Shown: positions 1 through 9,499, counted from the stretch's first letter. The stretch is DNA of 64,000 nt from Lachnospiraceae bacterium (GCA_045628945.1 JAZQQG010000046.1:9877-73876); one strand, 5' to 3'. Program-made: numbers and translations. The notes: generated from the letters alone by a model not told the origin.

Positions 1-2245
1 TAATCTTATCCTGCTCCATACCCTTTGCCCAGAAACGCTCACGGGACAAACGAACATACCAGTTACTCATCTCATCTACGAAATCCTGAAGTGCACGGGC
101 AGCCTCGGGAATCTTGTAGTCATTCAAATCATTGTCAACTTCGTTCACAACGGTCTGCAATTTCGACAGTAACCACTTGTCCATTACCGGTAACTTATCA
201 TAATCCAAAGTGAACTTCGTTGCATCAAAGTTGTCGATATTAGCATAAAGTACGAAGAAAGCGTAGGTATTCCACAGGGTTCCCATGAACTTTCTCTGTC
301 CTTCCATTACCGTCTTACCACTGAAACGGTTCGGAAGCCAGGGAGCGGAGTTGATATAGAAATACCAACGAATCGCGTCAGCACCGTACTCATTTAATGC
401 TGCGAAAGGATCTACCGCATTGCCCTTCGACTTACTCATCTTCTGACCGTTCTCATCCTGAACATGGCCCAGTACGATTACGTTCTCATAAGGAGCCCTG
501 TTAAACAGTAACGTAGACTCTGCCATCAGAGAGTGGAACCATCCACGGGTCTGGTCTACCGCCTCGGAGATGAACTGTGCAGGGAACTGCTGCTCAAAGA
601 GATCCTTATTTTCAAAAGGATAATGATGCTGAGCAAAAGGCATCGCACCGGAGTCAAACCAGCAGTCCAAAACCTCGGGAACACGCTTCATGGTGCCGCC
701 GCACTTCGGACAGGTGCAGGTTATCTCATCGATGTAGGGTCTGTGAAGCTCTACCGTCTTCGCCGCTGCATTGCCACTAAGCTTCTCCAGCTCTTCACGG
801 CTGCCGATACACTCACGATTGCCACAGGAACACTCCCAGATATTTAACGGGGTACCCCAGTAACGGTTACGGGAGATTGCCCAGTCCTGAATATTCTCCA
901 ACCAGTTACCGAAACGACCCTTACCAATCGACTCGGGAATCCAGTTAACGGTATTATTGTTGCGGATTAAGTCCTCACGAACCGCAGTCTCCTTGATGTA
1001 CCAGGACTCACGGGCATAATAGATCAGAGGAGTATCGCATCTCCAGCAGTGAGGATACTCATGCTCGAACTTCGGAGCATCGAAAAGCTTACCCTCTGCA
1101 TCGAGATCCTTTAAAACCTCGGGATCTGCTTTTTTCACAAAGATGCCTGCATACGGCGTCTCTGCGGTTAATTCACCCTTACCGTTTACGAACTGAACGA
1201 AGGGAAGGTCATAGTTACGACCTACATTGGCATCATCCTCACCGAAAGCAGGTGCAATATGTACAATACCGGTACCGTCGGACATGGTAACGTAGTTATC
1301 ACAGGTTACATAGAAGCCCTTCTTATTCTGCTTGGCAGCACATTCACCGGCACATGCGAAGAGAGGCTCGTATTCCTTACGCTCAAGATCCTTTCCGACA
1401 TAGGTCTCAAGAATCTCATAAGCGGGAGTCTCCTCAGAGCCAAGCTTCCCAAGAACGGTATCCAGCAAAGCCTTTGCCATATAATAGGTGTAACCGTCCG
1501 CAGCCTTAACCTTGCAGTATTCCTCGCTCGGATTTACGCAAAGAGCCACATTGGAAGGAAGGGTCCAGGGAGTCGTGGTCCATGCAAGGAAATAAGCATC
1601 CTCACCGACACACTTGAAACGAACCACTGCGGAACGCTCCTTCACCGTCTTATATCCCTGAGATACCTCAGCGGAGGACAGAGGGGTACCACAACGAGGG
1701 CAGTAGGGTACAATCTTGAAGCCCTTGTAGAGTAAGCCCTTATTCCAGATTTCCTTTAACGCCCACCACTCGGACTCAATATAATCATCATGATAGGTAA
1801 CGTAGGGGTTATCCATATCTGCCCAGAAGCCTACGGTTCCGGAGAAATCCTCCCACATTCCCTTATATTTCCATACGGATTCCTTACACTTATCGATGAA
1901 AGGCTCCATACCATACTCTTCAATCTGCTCTTTTCCGTTCAGGCCGAGGAGCTTCTCTACCTCCAGCTCAACCGGAAGACCGTGAGTATCCCAACCGGCC
2001 TTACGAGGAACCATATATCCCTTCATGGTACGGTATCTGGGAATCATATCCTTGATAACACGGGTCAATACATGACCGATATGAGGCTTACCGTTTGCGG
2101 TCGGAGGTCCGTCATAGAAGGTATAGGTAGGGCCTTCCTTGCGACTGTCCATACTCTTCTGGAAGATGTCATTCTCCTGCCAGAATTTCAGCACTTCATG
2201 TTCTCTTTCAACGAAATTCAGATCTGTGGATACTTTCTTGTACAT
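1..2245 (-). CDS. ileS: Isoleucyl-tRNA synthetase, N-terminal ~748 codons; runs off the left edge, so it is absent from the ORF track
   Basis: My own reverse-complement translation from the ATG at 2245 gives MYKKVSTDLNFVEREHEVLKFWQENDIFQKSMDSRKEGPTYTFYDGPPTANGKPHIGHVLTRVIKDMIPRYRTMKG, with the class I HIGH motif. The frame is still open at the window edge (WYVRLSRERFWAKGMEQDKI at nt 61-2). A T-box leader with an AUC specifier lies upstream. Confidence 0.9.
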   Translation of the reverse strand, partial: MYKKVSTDLNFVEREHEVLKFWQENDIFQKSMDSRKEGPTYTFYDGPPTANGKPHIGHVLTRVIKDMIPRYRTMKGYMVPRKAGWDTHGLPVELEVEKLLGLNGKEQIEEYGMEPFIDKCKESVWKYKGMWEDFSGTVGFWADMDNPYVTYHDDYIESEWWALKEIWNKGLLYKGFKIVPYCPRCGTPLSSAEVSQGYKTVKERSAVVRFKCVGEDAYFLAWTTTPWTLPSNVALCVNPSEEYCKVKAADGYTYYMAKALLDTVLGKLGSEETPAYEILETYVGKDLERKEYEPLFACAGECAAKQNKKGFYVTCDNYVTMSDGTGIVHIAPAFGEDDANVGRNYDLPFVQFVNGKGELTAETPYAGIFVKKADPEVLKDLDAEGKLFDAPKFEHEYPHCWRCDTPLIYYARESWYIKETAVREDLIRNNNTVNWIPESIGKGRFGNWLENIQDWAISRNRYWGTPLNIWECSCGNRECIGSREELEKLSGNAAAKTVELHRPYIDEITCTCPKCGGTMKRVPEVLDCWFDSGAMPFAQHHYPFENKDLFEQQFPAQFISEAVDQTRGWFHSLMAESTLLFNRAPYENVIVLGHVQDENGQKMSKSKGNAVDPFAALNEYGADAIRWYFYINSAPWLPNRFSGKTVMEGQRKFMGTLWNTYAFFVLYANIDNFDATKFTLDYDKLPVMDKWLLSKLQTVVNEVDNDLNDYKIPEAARALQDFVDEMSNWYVRLSRERFWAKGMEQDKI

Positions 2246-2310
2246 AATTACACCCTTTCTCTGTAACCCTCCCTTTTCTCGTCGGGGAAGGTAAATAGCT
2301 TTGAAAAAAC

Positions 2311-2340
2311 AAAAAAACCCCGTCCTGTAATAGGACGAGG
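2311..2340 (-). terminator. Intrinsic terminator of the T-box leader
   Basis: Minus-strand RNA is CCUCGUCC-UAUUAC-GGACGGGG followed by UUUUUUUGUUUUUU. This is an 8-bp stem with one G-U pair plus a U-tract, about 65 nt upstream of the ileS ATG. Confidence 0.75.
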
Positions 2341-2650
2341 CTATCGGCTCGTTAACCACCTGTTACATCGTACTCTCCCAAAGCAGCCTGCCGGCTCCAA
2401 TCTCGTCTGGCACCCACCCGGATTCATACGGTATCCTGTAACGCCGGAAATAGCGGCGGTTCCTACTTATCTGCCTGCAAAAGCTCTCCTCCGGTTTCTC
2501 GCACCACAGGTTCCATGCTCTCAGGCAATCGTTCAGACCGCGACTTAGAAGTGATTTTCAATGGCTCATTACTCGCATCGGTCTCGCACCTTCACCGACT
2601 CGCTGTGGCTTTCCTCGTGCCATCTACTGTCTTCGTCATCGTCTTTTTAC
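2311..2650 (-). promoter_or_regulatory. T-box leader (tRNA-Ile-sensing transcription attenuator) of ileS
   Basis: The minus-strand leader starts with a GA/K-turn-like GAUGACGAAGACAGUAG. It carries AGCGA (AGVGA box, 2600-2604), GGUGCGA (distal-loop box, 2584-2590) and an F-box-like GCGUUA. The candidate specifier is GAAA-AUC-A, with the Ile codon at 2553-2555. The T-box core is GGUGGUUAACGAG (2348-2360), and its CGAG can pair with the 5' arm of the terminator. Confidence 0.7.
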
Positions 2651-2656
2651 GACATC

Positions 2657-2684
2657 ATTATAACGATTTTAGGCTTTTTGTCAA
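2657..2684 (-). promoter_or_regulatory. Sigma-A-type promoter for the ileS leader
   Basis: The minus strand reads TTGACA (2679-2684), a 16-nt spacer, then TATAAT (2657-2662). Confidence 0.6.
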
Positions 2685-2721
2685 GTGTTGCTCCCAAACC
2701 AATCCTTGTATCGTGTGATTA

Positions 2722-4131
2722 CTATATTTGAATAAGACCAATCGACTTCCACAAAGGGATGCTAAGCAGAAAGCCTACAATCGAAATAATAACATAGCAA
2801 CCGGACATCCTTCGTGCCAGTTTATAATCAATTGTATCGTCTCCCACAACTGCTACAGCGGTTAGATAACTAGTATTATTGAAGCGTGTACTCCACGCCT
2901 GCGCAATGGTAACAATCACCAGACCGGTAATCCATGGGCTGATTCCAATACTCTCACCGGCTCCAGCAAATACAATATAAAACAATGAAACCGCCGAAAT
3001 GGAAGATACAATAATATATCGGCTTAATGCCACTAAAACCCCCAAAACAGCGATAAATACATATTCATTCACTAACATGGGCTTAATCAATGGAGTCATC
3101 ACTCCTGCCAGCCAAGTATTGACTCCCAGGTCTGACATGATATTGGCCATACATACCAAGCCGCCAATAAAGATAATCATATCCCAAGCAACCTTGCTAC
3201 GAAATTCTTTTTTATCCAGACCTCCCATTAGTACTAAAACAAATACTGCAGTGATTGCGATTGCAGCCTCTGAAACACCATGGTAGTTCTTGGTAATCCA
3301 CATAATTAACGTTATCAGCAGTACAATTGCAACCTTTTTTTCAAGGCCACTCATTTTCCCCATTTCCGAAAGCTTATTCTCTACAAATCCTTTCGGAACG
3401 CGACTATCCCCTTTTGATCCATATAATAGCCACAAAGCAGCAAAACCGAGTACAATGATTGCCAATCCCCATACCCAGGTTGCCTGAATCCAGCTTCCCC
3501 AGGTAAAACTGTTCTGGATTTCATCCGGAAGCAGTCCAAGAAGTATAAAAACGTTCATGGACCCGCTATAAAAAATGTGTCCACTGATGGAGCCAAACAG
3601 AAACACTGCCATAAAGAGTCCTGTCATTTCTTTACTCTTCTTGGTCAAATTCATTTCTTCTGCCGCATCCACGGCAAACGGTGCCAGAATACTTGCTTTG
3701 GCCGTTATACTCGGAATCATGGGGCTAATAATCAACCCGGCAAAGGAGAATGCCAATAGCTGCCCAAAGTAGTTCTGCGGAAATCTTCGTAACACATGCA
3801 ATGCCACTCGTTTCATCAGTCCGCTTTTGGCAATAACCACACTCATTGGCAACACACCAATCAACAGCCATACCGTTGATGTTGAAAAAGCGGAATATAT
3901 GCCGGTAATCTGCTCTAAGCCGAGTGTCAAGCACACAGCAAGTGAAAACATTACTACAATGTATTCATCACATAGATTAATGATTAAATAGAAAATCATG
4001 CAGGACAGTATTCCAATATATTCCATGCCCTTTCGGTCTAGGCCCGGAAAACACGGAACAAGGCAGCCGGCTAATATCATACCGATACCCACTAATGTAC
4101 CGATGAACCTTAATATCTTTTTTTCATTCAT
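2722..4131 (-). CDS. Polytopic anion permease, SLC13/DASS-like (ArsB/NhaD superfamily)
   Basis: 469 aa, hydrophobic throughout, with two homologous halves. The SPMIPSITAKASILAPF-type re-entrant loop motif is typical of DASS permeases. It is the last gene of the LysR-linked locus. Confidence 0.7.
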   Translation of the reverse strand: MNEKKILRFIGTLVGIGMILAGCLVPCFPGLDRKGMEYIGILSCMIFYLIINLCDEYIVVMFSLAVCLTLGLEQITGIYSAFSTSTVWLLIGVLPMSVVIAKSGLMKRVALHVLRRFPQNYFGQLLAFSFAGLIISPMIPSITAKASILAPFAVDAAEEMNLTKKSKEMTGLFMAVFLFGSISGHIFYSGSMNVFILLGLLPDEIQNSFTWGSWIQATWVWGLAIIVLGFAALWLLYGSKGDSRVPKGFVENKLSEMGKMSGLEKKVAIVLLITLIMWITKNYHGVSEAAIAITAVFVLVLMGGLDKKEFRSKVAWDMIIFIGGLVCMANIMSDLGVNTWLAGVMTPLIKPMLVNEYVFIAVLGVLVALSRYIIVSSISAVSLFYIVFAGAGESIGISPWITGLVIVTIAQAWSTRFNNTSYLTAVAVVGDDTIDYKLARRMSGCYVIISIVGFLLSIPLWKSIGLIQI

Positions 4132-4148
4132 CGAGAATCACTTCCCAT

Positions 4149-5084
4149 CTATTCAACCGTTTTCGACTTCCACTCCGCAGTTTCAGCTAACTCACCAAAA
4201 ATCTTCGCATACAAATCCGGTCTCCAATCCGTCGTCTTAGTTACAGGGTTCGTATGATACAAGTTCTTAAAAGTATTAATAGACTGATAATCCACCAATG
4301 CTAAATCAATGGTTCCAAGGAATATACCGGGAATCTCTCCCTCCGGGTCTCCAAAAGGATGTCCTGCATAATAAGCTACATCGCCACCCTTGCCAACCGG
4401 ACCCATGATATGGCTGCAACCGGTAAATTCATAATATAAATCCTTGCCGACCAGATTCGCAGATGCCACAAAGATATTACTTCTTAAACAATCCGACTCT
4501 GTCTTGGTTCTGAAAACCTTACCGCAGGATACCCCCCAACCAATTGCGGTTGGATTCAGGAACAATCTAGCTCCCTGCGCCGCCGCATAGGCAATCAGTT
4601 CCGGGAAATTATATACATCATAACAAATACCGATTCCAACCTTGCCCCAAGGCGTATCAAAGACTACAGGGCGATCTCCCCTTGCGGCCCAATCGGGTTC
4701 ACGATTGGGAAGGTGAATCTTACGATAAGCATCTACGATTCCATCCGGTCCGATAATGACTCCGGTGTTATAGACAATACCGGTCAGCGCGTCCTTCTCT
4801 GGCATACCGAAGATTACAAAAATGTTATATTTTTTTGCATAGGCAGCGACAGCATCCGTTGACGGTCCCGGAATTGTCTCTGCAAGCTTCGTCTGCATCT
4901 TTTCTTCTCGGGGAACATCGTACAGATCATCGTAGCCTGTTAAGCACACTTCCGGTAAAACAACCATATCGGCGCCTCGCTTCGCCGCACTCTCCACATA
5001 CCCAAGAATACGGTTGAGATTAGCCTCCTTATTTCCCCACACAGGTTTGAAGTTCACTACTGCCAGATTCATTACATCCTTCAT
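4149..5084 (-). CDS. Carbon-nitrogen hydrolase (nitrilase superfamily amidase)
   Basis: All three parts of the Glu-Lys-Cys triad are visible: VVLPEVCLTGY (Glu), YRKIHLP (Lys) and GIGICYD (Cys). Confidence 0.85.
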   Translation of the reverse strand: MKDVMNLAVVNFKPVWGNKEANLNRILGYVESAAKRGADMVVLPEVCLTGYDDLYDVPREEKMQTKLAETIPGPSTDAVAAYAKKYNIFVIFGMPEKDALTGIVYNTGVIIGPDGIVDAYRKIHLPNREPDWAARGDRPVVFDTPWGKVGIGICYDVYNFPELIAYAAAQGARLFLNPTAIGWGVSCGKVFRTKTESDCLRSNIFVASANLVGKDLYYEFTGCSHIMGPVGKGGDVAYYAGHPFGDPEGEIPGIFLGTIDLALVDYQSINTFKNLYHTNPVTKTTDWRPDLYAKIFGELAETAEWKSKTVE

Positions 5085-5094
5085 ATATCCACCT

Positions 5095-5904
5095 CTACTC
5101 TAATGTTAATGCCTTTTCGGCAGCTTCATCATGCTGCTTATTGATGATTCCCAAGATTTCCTGCTTAATTGCCAAATATTCCGGACTAAAGCTGATTTCA
5201 TTTTCGTCCCCCTGATTCACCAATGATTGTGCAAAATTTACATTGAATTCCTTCAAAATTGACCCAGGACGCTTAGACATCACAATTACTCTGTTCCCTA
5301 ATTGAAGTGCCTCATCCACATCATGTGTGATCAGCATAATTGTCTTACCGGTCGTTTTCCAGATTTTACGCACCAAGGATTGCATATTGACTCTGGTCAA
5401 TGCATCCAATGCTCCAAAGGGTTCATCCATCAATATAATTCTCGGATCATTAATCAGTACCTTAGCCAGTGCTGCCCTCTGCTTCATACCGCCAGACAGT
5501 TCATAGGTTTTTTGCTTTTTGAAATCTCCTAACCCGACCTGCTTCAGATACTTATCTGCCGTCTCTCGTATTACTTGCTTATTTACCCCACGGACACGGG
5601 GGCCATAAGTTACATTCTTTTCAATAGACATCCAGGGATACAGATTCGGTGTTTGAAATACAACTCCACGACTCTGATCCGGTCCCTTGATTGCCTTGCC
5701 ATCAAGAGTGGCCAATCCGCTGGAGGGAAAAAGGAATCCCGCAATGATCTTCAGCAATGTACTTTTTCCACAGCCGGAGGGACCCAGAATACATACAAAA
5801 TCACCTTCATATATATCCAGATTAATGTCCTTAAGAGCCAGCACACCCTTCGAATTATCTCCATATTTAAGATTCAGATCTCGTACTTTGATTACAGTCT
5901 CCAT
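5095..5904 (-). CDS. ABC transporter ATP-binding protein, NitT/TauT (nitrate/sulfonate/taurine) type
   Basis: Walker A is GPSGCGKST, the signature is LSGGMKQR and Walker B is ILMDEPFGALD. The VVFQ...LYPW region is typical of SsuB/TauB-like ATPases. Confidence 0.9.
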   Translation of the reverse strand: METVIKVRDLNLKYGDNSKGVLALKDINLDIYEGDFVCILGPSGCGKSTLLKIIAGFLFPSSGLATLDGKAIKGPDQSRGVVFQTPNLYPWMSIEKNVTYGPRVRGVNKQVIRETADKYLKQVGLGDFKKQKTYELSGGMKQRAALAKVLINDPRIILMDEPFGALDALTRVNMQSLVRKIWKTTGKTIMLITHDVDEALQLGNRVIVMSKRPGSILKEFNVNFAQSLVNQGDENEISFSPEYLAIKQEILGIINKQHDEAAEKALTLE

Positions 5905-5934
5905 AGCGGATCAGCCTCCTCATCATTTACCTTG

Positions 5935-6939
5935 TTATTTCAAAAAATCACTTGTAATAGACTTCGTTAATACTTCCTTCGATGGTACTTCTGCAATACT
6001 TCCCTGACTTGCCATGAATTCAGCCGTTTTGTAAAGAACATCCGCAAAGGCCCCTCCCAAATAAGCATCCGATGCCTGATCTGCAGCAGAAATCCAACGA
6101 TAACCTTCGATAGAAGTCTTACACATTGCCTCATCCATTTCCAATCTAGCAGCTACATCCTTTACAACCTTATCTGGATTCTCCGCATATACAGCCTGGG
6201 TTTCGGACATTACCTTAACCAATGCGGTTACCGCTTCCGGATACTTATTGGCAAAAGACTTGGTTACTACATGTAATACAGCAGTTGTTGCACCAATCGA
6301 CTCACTGTCATTACCATCAAAGATTACAGTACCTCCGGCATTGATTAATGCTTCCAGGGAAGGCTGCCAAATGTATGCCGCATCAATATCTCCTCTATCC
6401 CACATAGCAATAATCTCAGTAGTTCCACCACCGATAATCTCAACCTTACTCTCGTCCACACCTGCGTCTGCCAAAGCACTCATAAGCGAATAATGAGAAG
6501 TAGATCCGGTTACGACACCAATCTTCTTGCCCTCCAAATCGCTTAAAGACTGAATACCTTCTTTAACAGCAAGACCTTCACACTCGGTAATAATTCCGGA
6601 AATCCAGAAAACTTCATATCCCAAATCATTCGAAATACCGGACACAACTGGTACGGTTCCCATATAACCAACATCAACGCTTCCCGATGCTAATGCGTTG
6701 TTGAGATCCTTACCATTACTAAACTCCACCAGCTCATACGGATAACCCAGGTCATCTAACAATCCTTCAACAATCGCAATCATCATATCGTTTGCTACAG
6801 GCTGATAGCCAATCTTAATCTTATTCGGATACTTTGAGTTCTCCTGATTCTTTGTGGTTTTCTTGCCACAGGCAATTAAGCCCATCGCCAACACAACCAC
6901 TAACACCAGACTAATCATTCTTTTTAACTTTTTTCTCAT
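5935..6939 (-). CDS. ABC substrate-binding lipoprotein, NMT1/TauA/SsuA-like
   Basis: It has a signal peptide and lipobox (LIACGKK). I chose the start at the ATG 6939 because of the AAGGAGG RBS; the track ORF begins at a TTG at 6975. It sits between the matching permease and ATPase genes. Confidence 0.8.
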   Translation of the reverse strand: MRKKLKRMISLVLVVVLAMGLIACGKKTTKNQENSKYPNKIKIGYQPVANDMMIAIVEGLLDDLGYPYELVEFSNGKDLNNALASGSVDVGYMGTVPVVSGISNDLGYEVFWISGIITECEGLAVKEGIQSLSDLEGKKIGVVTGSTSHYSLMSALADAGVDESKVEIIGGGTTEIIAMWDRGDIDAAYIWQPSLEALINAGGTVIFDGNDSESIGATTAVLHVVTKSFANKYPEAVTALVKVMSETQAVYAENPDKVVKDVAARLEMDEAMCKTSIEGYRWISAADQASDAYLGGAFADVLYKTAEFMASQGSIAEVPSKEVLTKSITSDFLK

Positions 6940-7013
6940 AACCTTTTCCTCCTTATGATATGAGTCTTTATTCAAAAAGCTTACCGTCTATCGGATTGCT
7001 CTTTGTCTCACCC

Positions 7014-7799
7014 TTACTCTTTTCCCTTCCAAGGGACAATCTTCTTCTCTATGAACAGAAGTCCGTTTTCCAAAATTAAGCCGGTCACACCCATCGTGAT
7101 GATTCCTACAAAAATAACATCGCTTCGCAGGTAATCGCCTGCATCTACAACCATCCAACCAATACCGGAAGCGGCAGCTACCATTTCCGCTGCAACTAAT
7201 GTTCTGTAGGTGCCGCTAAGTGCATTTCGTAATCCGATAAACACATCCGGTAATGATGCCGGAAGAATGACATACAGAAAGGTTTGGAACTTATTCGCGC
7301 CCATCGAGTATGAACCATATATGTAATCCTCCTTAACACGGCTAATTGCAGCCATGCAAGAGATATAGATGGGAGAAAATCCTGCCAAAAACAAAAGCAT
7401 AATTTTGGACTTATCATCAATTCCTAACCACAACACCAATAGGCTGTAATAAGCCAAAGGCGGAAGCGGTCTGTAAAACGAAAGAATCGGTTCGAAGATT
7501 GCTCTTACCTTGTCGAAGTATCCACAAATCAATCCCATTGGAATTGCGGTGATAACTGCCCAAAACATTGCTATAAACAATCGCTTCATACTAATCAGCA
7601 AATGATCCCCCAAGGTATTTCCTTTGTATCCCTTGGTACAAATAACAATGAACTCGTCCCACACCTTCTTGGGCGATGGAAGGAATATCTGTTTGATATA
7701 TCCCTTTTCTGTAACGAACCACCACAAGAAGAAGAGTAATGCTACCGTAATACAGCCAATAACCGTATTTGCTGAAATTCGTATCTTTTTCTTTTTCAT
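7014..7799 (-). CDS. ABC transporter permease, NitT/TauT family (SsuC/TauC-like)
   Basis: Six-TM BPD-type permease. I chose the third-codon ATG (7799), which lies 7 nt after AGGAGG; the track start is 7805. Confidence 0.85.
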   Translation of the reverse strand: MKKKKIRISANTVIGCITVALLFFLWWFVTEKGYIKQIFLPSPKKVWDEFIVICTKGYKGNTLGDHLLISMKRLFIAMFWAVITAIPMGLICGYFDKVRAIFEPILSFYRPLPPLAYYSLLVLWLGIDDKSKIMLLFLAGFSPIYISCMAAISRVKEDYIYGSYSMGANKFQTFLYVILPASLPDVFIGLRNALSGTYRTLVAAEMVAAASGIGWMVVDAGDYLRSDVIFVGIITMGVTGLILENGLLFIEKKIVPWKGKE

Positions 7800-7812
7800 A
7801 GGCATTCCTCCT

Positions 7813-7855
7813 AAAAAACAAAAAGCAACGTTGCTATTAGAAGCCCCGTTGCTTT
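7813..7855 (-). terminator. Intrinsic terminator after the LysR gene, abutting the permease RBS
   Basis: Minus-strand RNA is AAAGCAACG, a 16-nt loop, CGUUGCUUU, then UUGUUUUUU. The AGGAGG of the next gene follows directly. The region also contains the 12-nt palindrome AGCAACGTTGCT (7824-7835). Confidence 0.55.
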
Positions 7856-7915
7856 AACTTATCTGGATACTATCATCATTGTTTCGATATGTAAAATACT
7901 TGTTTTCAATAATTA

Positions 7916-8797
7916 TCATACCTTCTGGATATGATTCTCTTCCCGAAGGTATTCAACAAATCGACTTGCTGGCTCAGATAGATAGAACGACTTTGACCAT
8001 ACAAGATTCACAGAGGATCCTACTCGTGGACGTATCTCCTTATAAGTAAGTCCATCAAACTGATTCCCCACCAGGACCAGTGCAATTCCGGCATTCTCAC
8101 TTACCAAAGATTCTGCCATGGACAATACATTATATGAATAAACTATGTTTGGCTCAATATCTGCCTCGGCAAACCATTCTATGATTTCCGTCTGCCGCTT
8201 AATTGTTGACGGAATAATTAACGGTTCGTTCTTTAACATATCGGGCGTAATATATTCCTCCTCGCATTTAGCTAAGGGATGCCCTTCCGGAATTAATACC
8301 CCCCAGGCATCGACACTTAGTTCATATGAAAGATATTTTGCCTTTTCGAAGAATGGTCGCACAATCGCAATGTCAAAGATCCCCTTATCAATTCGATCCA
8401 GAATATCATCTGTTCCTCCGCACCAGATATCAAACTCTACTCGCGGATATTTCTTGTGAAAAGAAGCAATCATCGGTGCCAGATACTTCGTTCCGATTGC
8501 TTCTATCGTTCCGATGCTAATCTTACCGGTCGTTCCATACTGGTAGTCTTTTACTTGTCTTTCCAGCGCATCATATGCGGCAACCAGTTCCTCTGCACGG
8601 CTTTTCAGAAAAGCTCCCGCTTCTGTTAACTGAATCTGCTTTTTGCCTCTTATAAAAAGAATAACTCCCAGTTCATCTTCCAAATGCATCATCTGGGTAC
8701 TAAGAGGCGGTTGCGCCATATTCAGTTTTTTAGCAGCCTTTGTGATGCTTCCTTCCTCTGCAATTGTAAGAAAATAGCGTAGGGTTCGAATCTCCAT
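7916..8797 (-). CDS. LysR-family transcriptional regulator
   Basis: The N-terminal wHTH is MEIRTLRYFLTIAEEGSITKAAKKLNMAQPPLSTQMMHLE, followed by a periplasmic-binding-like effector domain. 293 aa. Confidence 0.9.
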   Translation of the reverse strand: MEIRTLRYFLTIAEEGSITKAAKKLNMAQPPLSTQMMHLEDELGVILFIRGKKQIQLTEAGAFLKSRAEELVAAYDALERQVKDYQYGTTGKISIGTIEAIGTKYLAPMIASFHKKYPRVEFDIWCGGTDDILDRIDKGIFDIAIVRPFFEKAKYLSYELSVDAWGVLIPEGHPLAKCEEEYITPDMLKNEPLIIPSTIKRQTEIIEWFAEADIEPNIVYSYNVLSMAESLVSENAGIALVLVGNQFDGLTYKEIRPRVGSSVNLVWSKSFYLSEPASRFVEYLREENHIQKV

Positions 8798-8810
8798 AAG
8801 ACCTCCTTAC

Positions 8811-8827
8811 CATACTCAAAAAGTATG
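8811..8827. promoter_or_regulatory. LTTR-box-like dyad (T-N11-A) upstream of the LysR gene
   Basis: CATAC-TCAAAAA-GTATG contains T-N11-A with ATAC/GTAT arms. It lies 14-30 nt upstream of the LysR start, in the divergent intergenic region. Confidence 0.35.
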
Positions 8828-8908
8828 AATACCGAATAATATGTGTATTTTTCAAATATTAGAAAATGGTATAGTATAAAATCAACATCATGTCAAGGAG
8901 GGACATTT

Positions 8909-9499
8909 ATGAAACCGTTCATTCTTACAATCGGACGTGAATTTGGAAGCCAGGGTGGCCAGATTGGCAGGCTTATCGCTGAAACCTACCAAGTCCCCTA
9001 TTACGATAAGACCGTTCTCGATCATATTGTTATGAACCAGAATTATATTAGCCAATATGATTTGGAGCGCTTGGATGAGCTGTGTAAATCCGGTCTCTCC
9101 ATCCGCTTATGGTCAGGGTCCGATCGATACCTTCTTAACAAAATATACGATTATCAAAGTGATCGTATTCAGGTTTTCGGTCAAACAACTGGTGGCGTGT
9201 TTGTCGGACGATGTGCAGATTATATTCTGCGTGGTATGCAAAATCACCTTAGCATTTTTATTTACTCTCCCATTGAGGTCCGAACAGCTTATCTGATGAA
9301 TAAGTATGGGTTAAGTCTGGATGCTACCAATGACTTGATAAATCGAATGGATCAATCGCGTCATAATTATTACAAATACTTTACCAAAGAGGTTCGTGGT
9401 GAGCGTCACAACCGCCAGATGTTCTTGGATAGCAGTCTGCTTGGTCCGGAAGGCTCGGCGGAATTGATTCAGCACATTATTTGTCAAAAGTATCTTTAA
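8909..9499 (+). CDS. Cytidylate-kinase-like family protein (P-loop NTPase of unknown role)
   Basis: The protein starts MKPFILTIGREFGSQGGQIGRLIAE (degenerate P-loop), which is typical of this family. The RBS is AAGGAGGGA. The track ORF starts upstream at a GTG at 8843. Confidence 0.75.
   Translation: MKPFILTIGREFGSQGGQIGRLIAETYQVPYYDKTVLDHIVMNQNYISQYDLERLDELCKSGLSIRLWSGSDRYLLNKIYDYQSDRIQVFGQTTGGVFVGRCADYILRGMQNHLSIFIYSPIEVRTAYLMNKYGLSLDATNDLINRMDQSRHNYYKYFTKEVRGERHNRQMFLDSSLLGPEGSAELIQHIICQKYL

Noticed and set aside
25-2266. Several + strand ORFs of 62-158 aa covering the first 2.2 kb
   Set aside because: The minus strand encodes an uninterrupted IleRS reading frame (HIGH motif, open to the window edge). 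The + strand ORFs are antisense shadows.
2402-2420. A second T-box sequence (GGGUGGGUGCCAGACGAG) suggesting tandem T-boxes
   Set aside because: There is only one specifier-like loop, one set of Stem I boxes and one terminator/antiterminator pair. The upstream match is interrupted relative to the consensus. I treat it as part of Stem III or a linker until a covariance model says otherwise.
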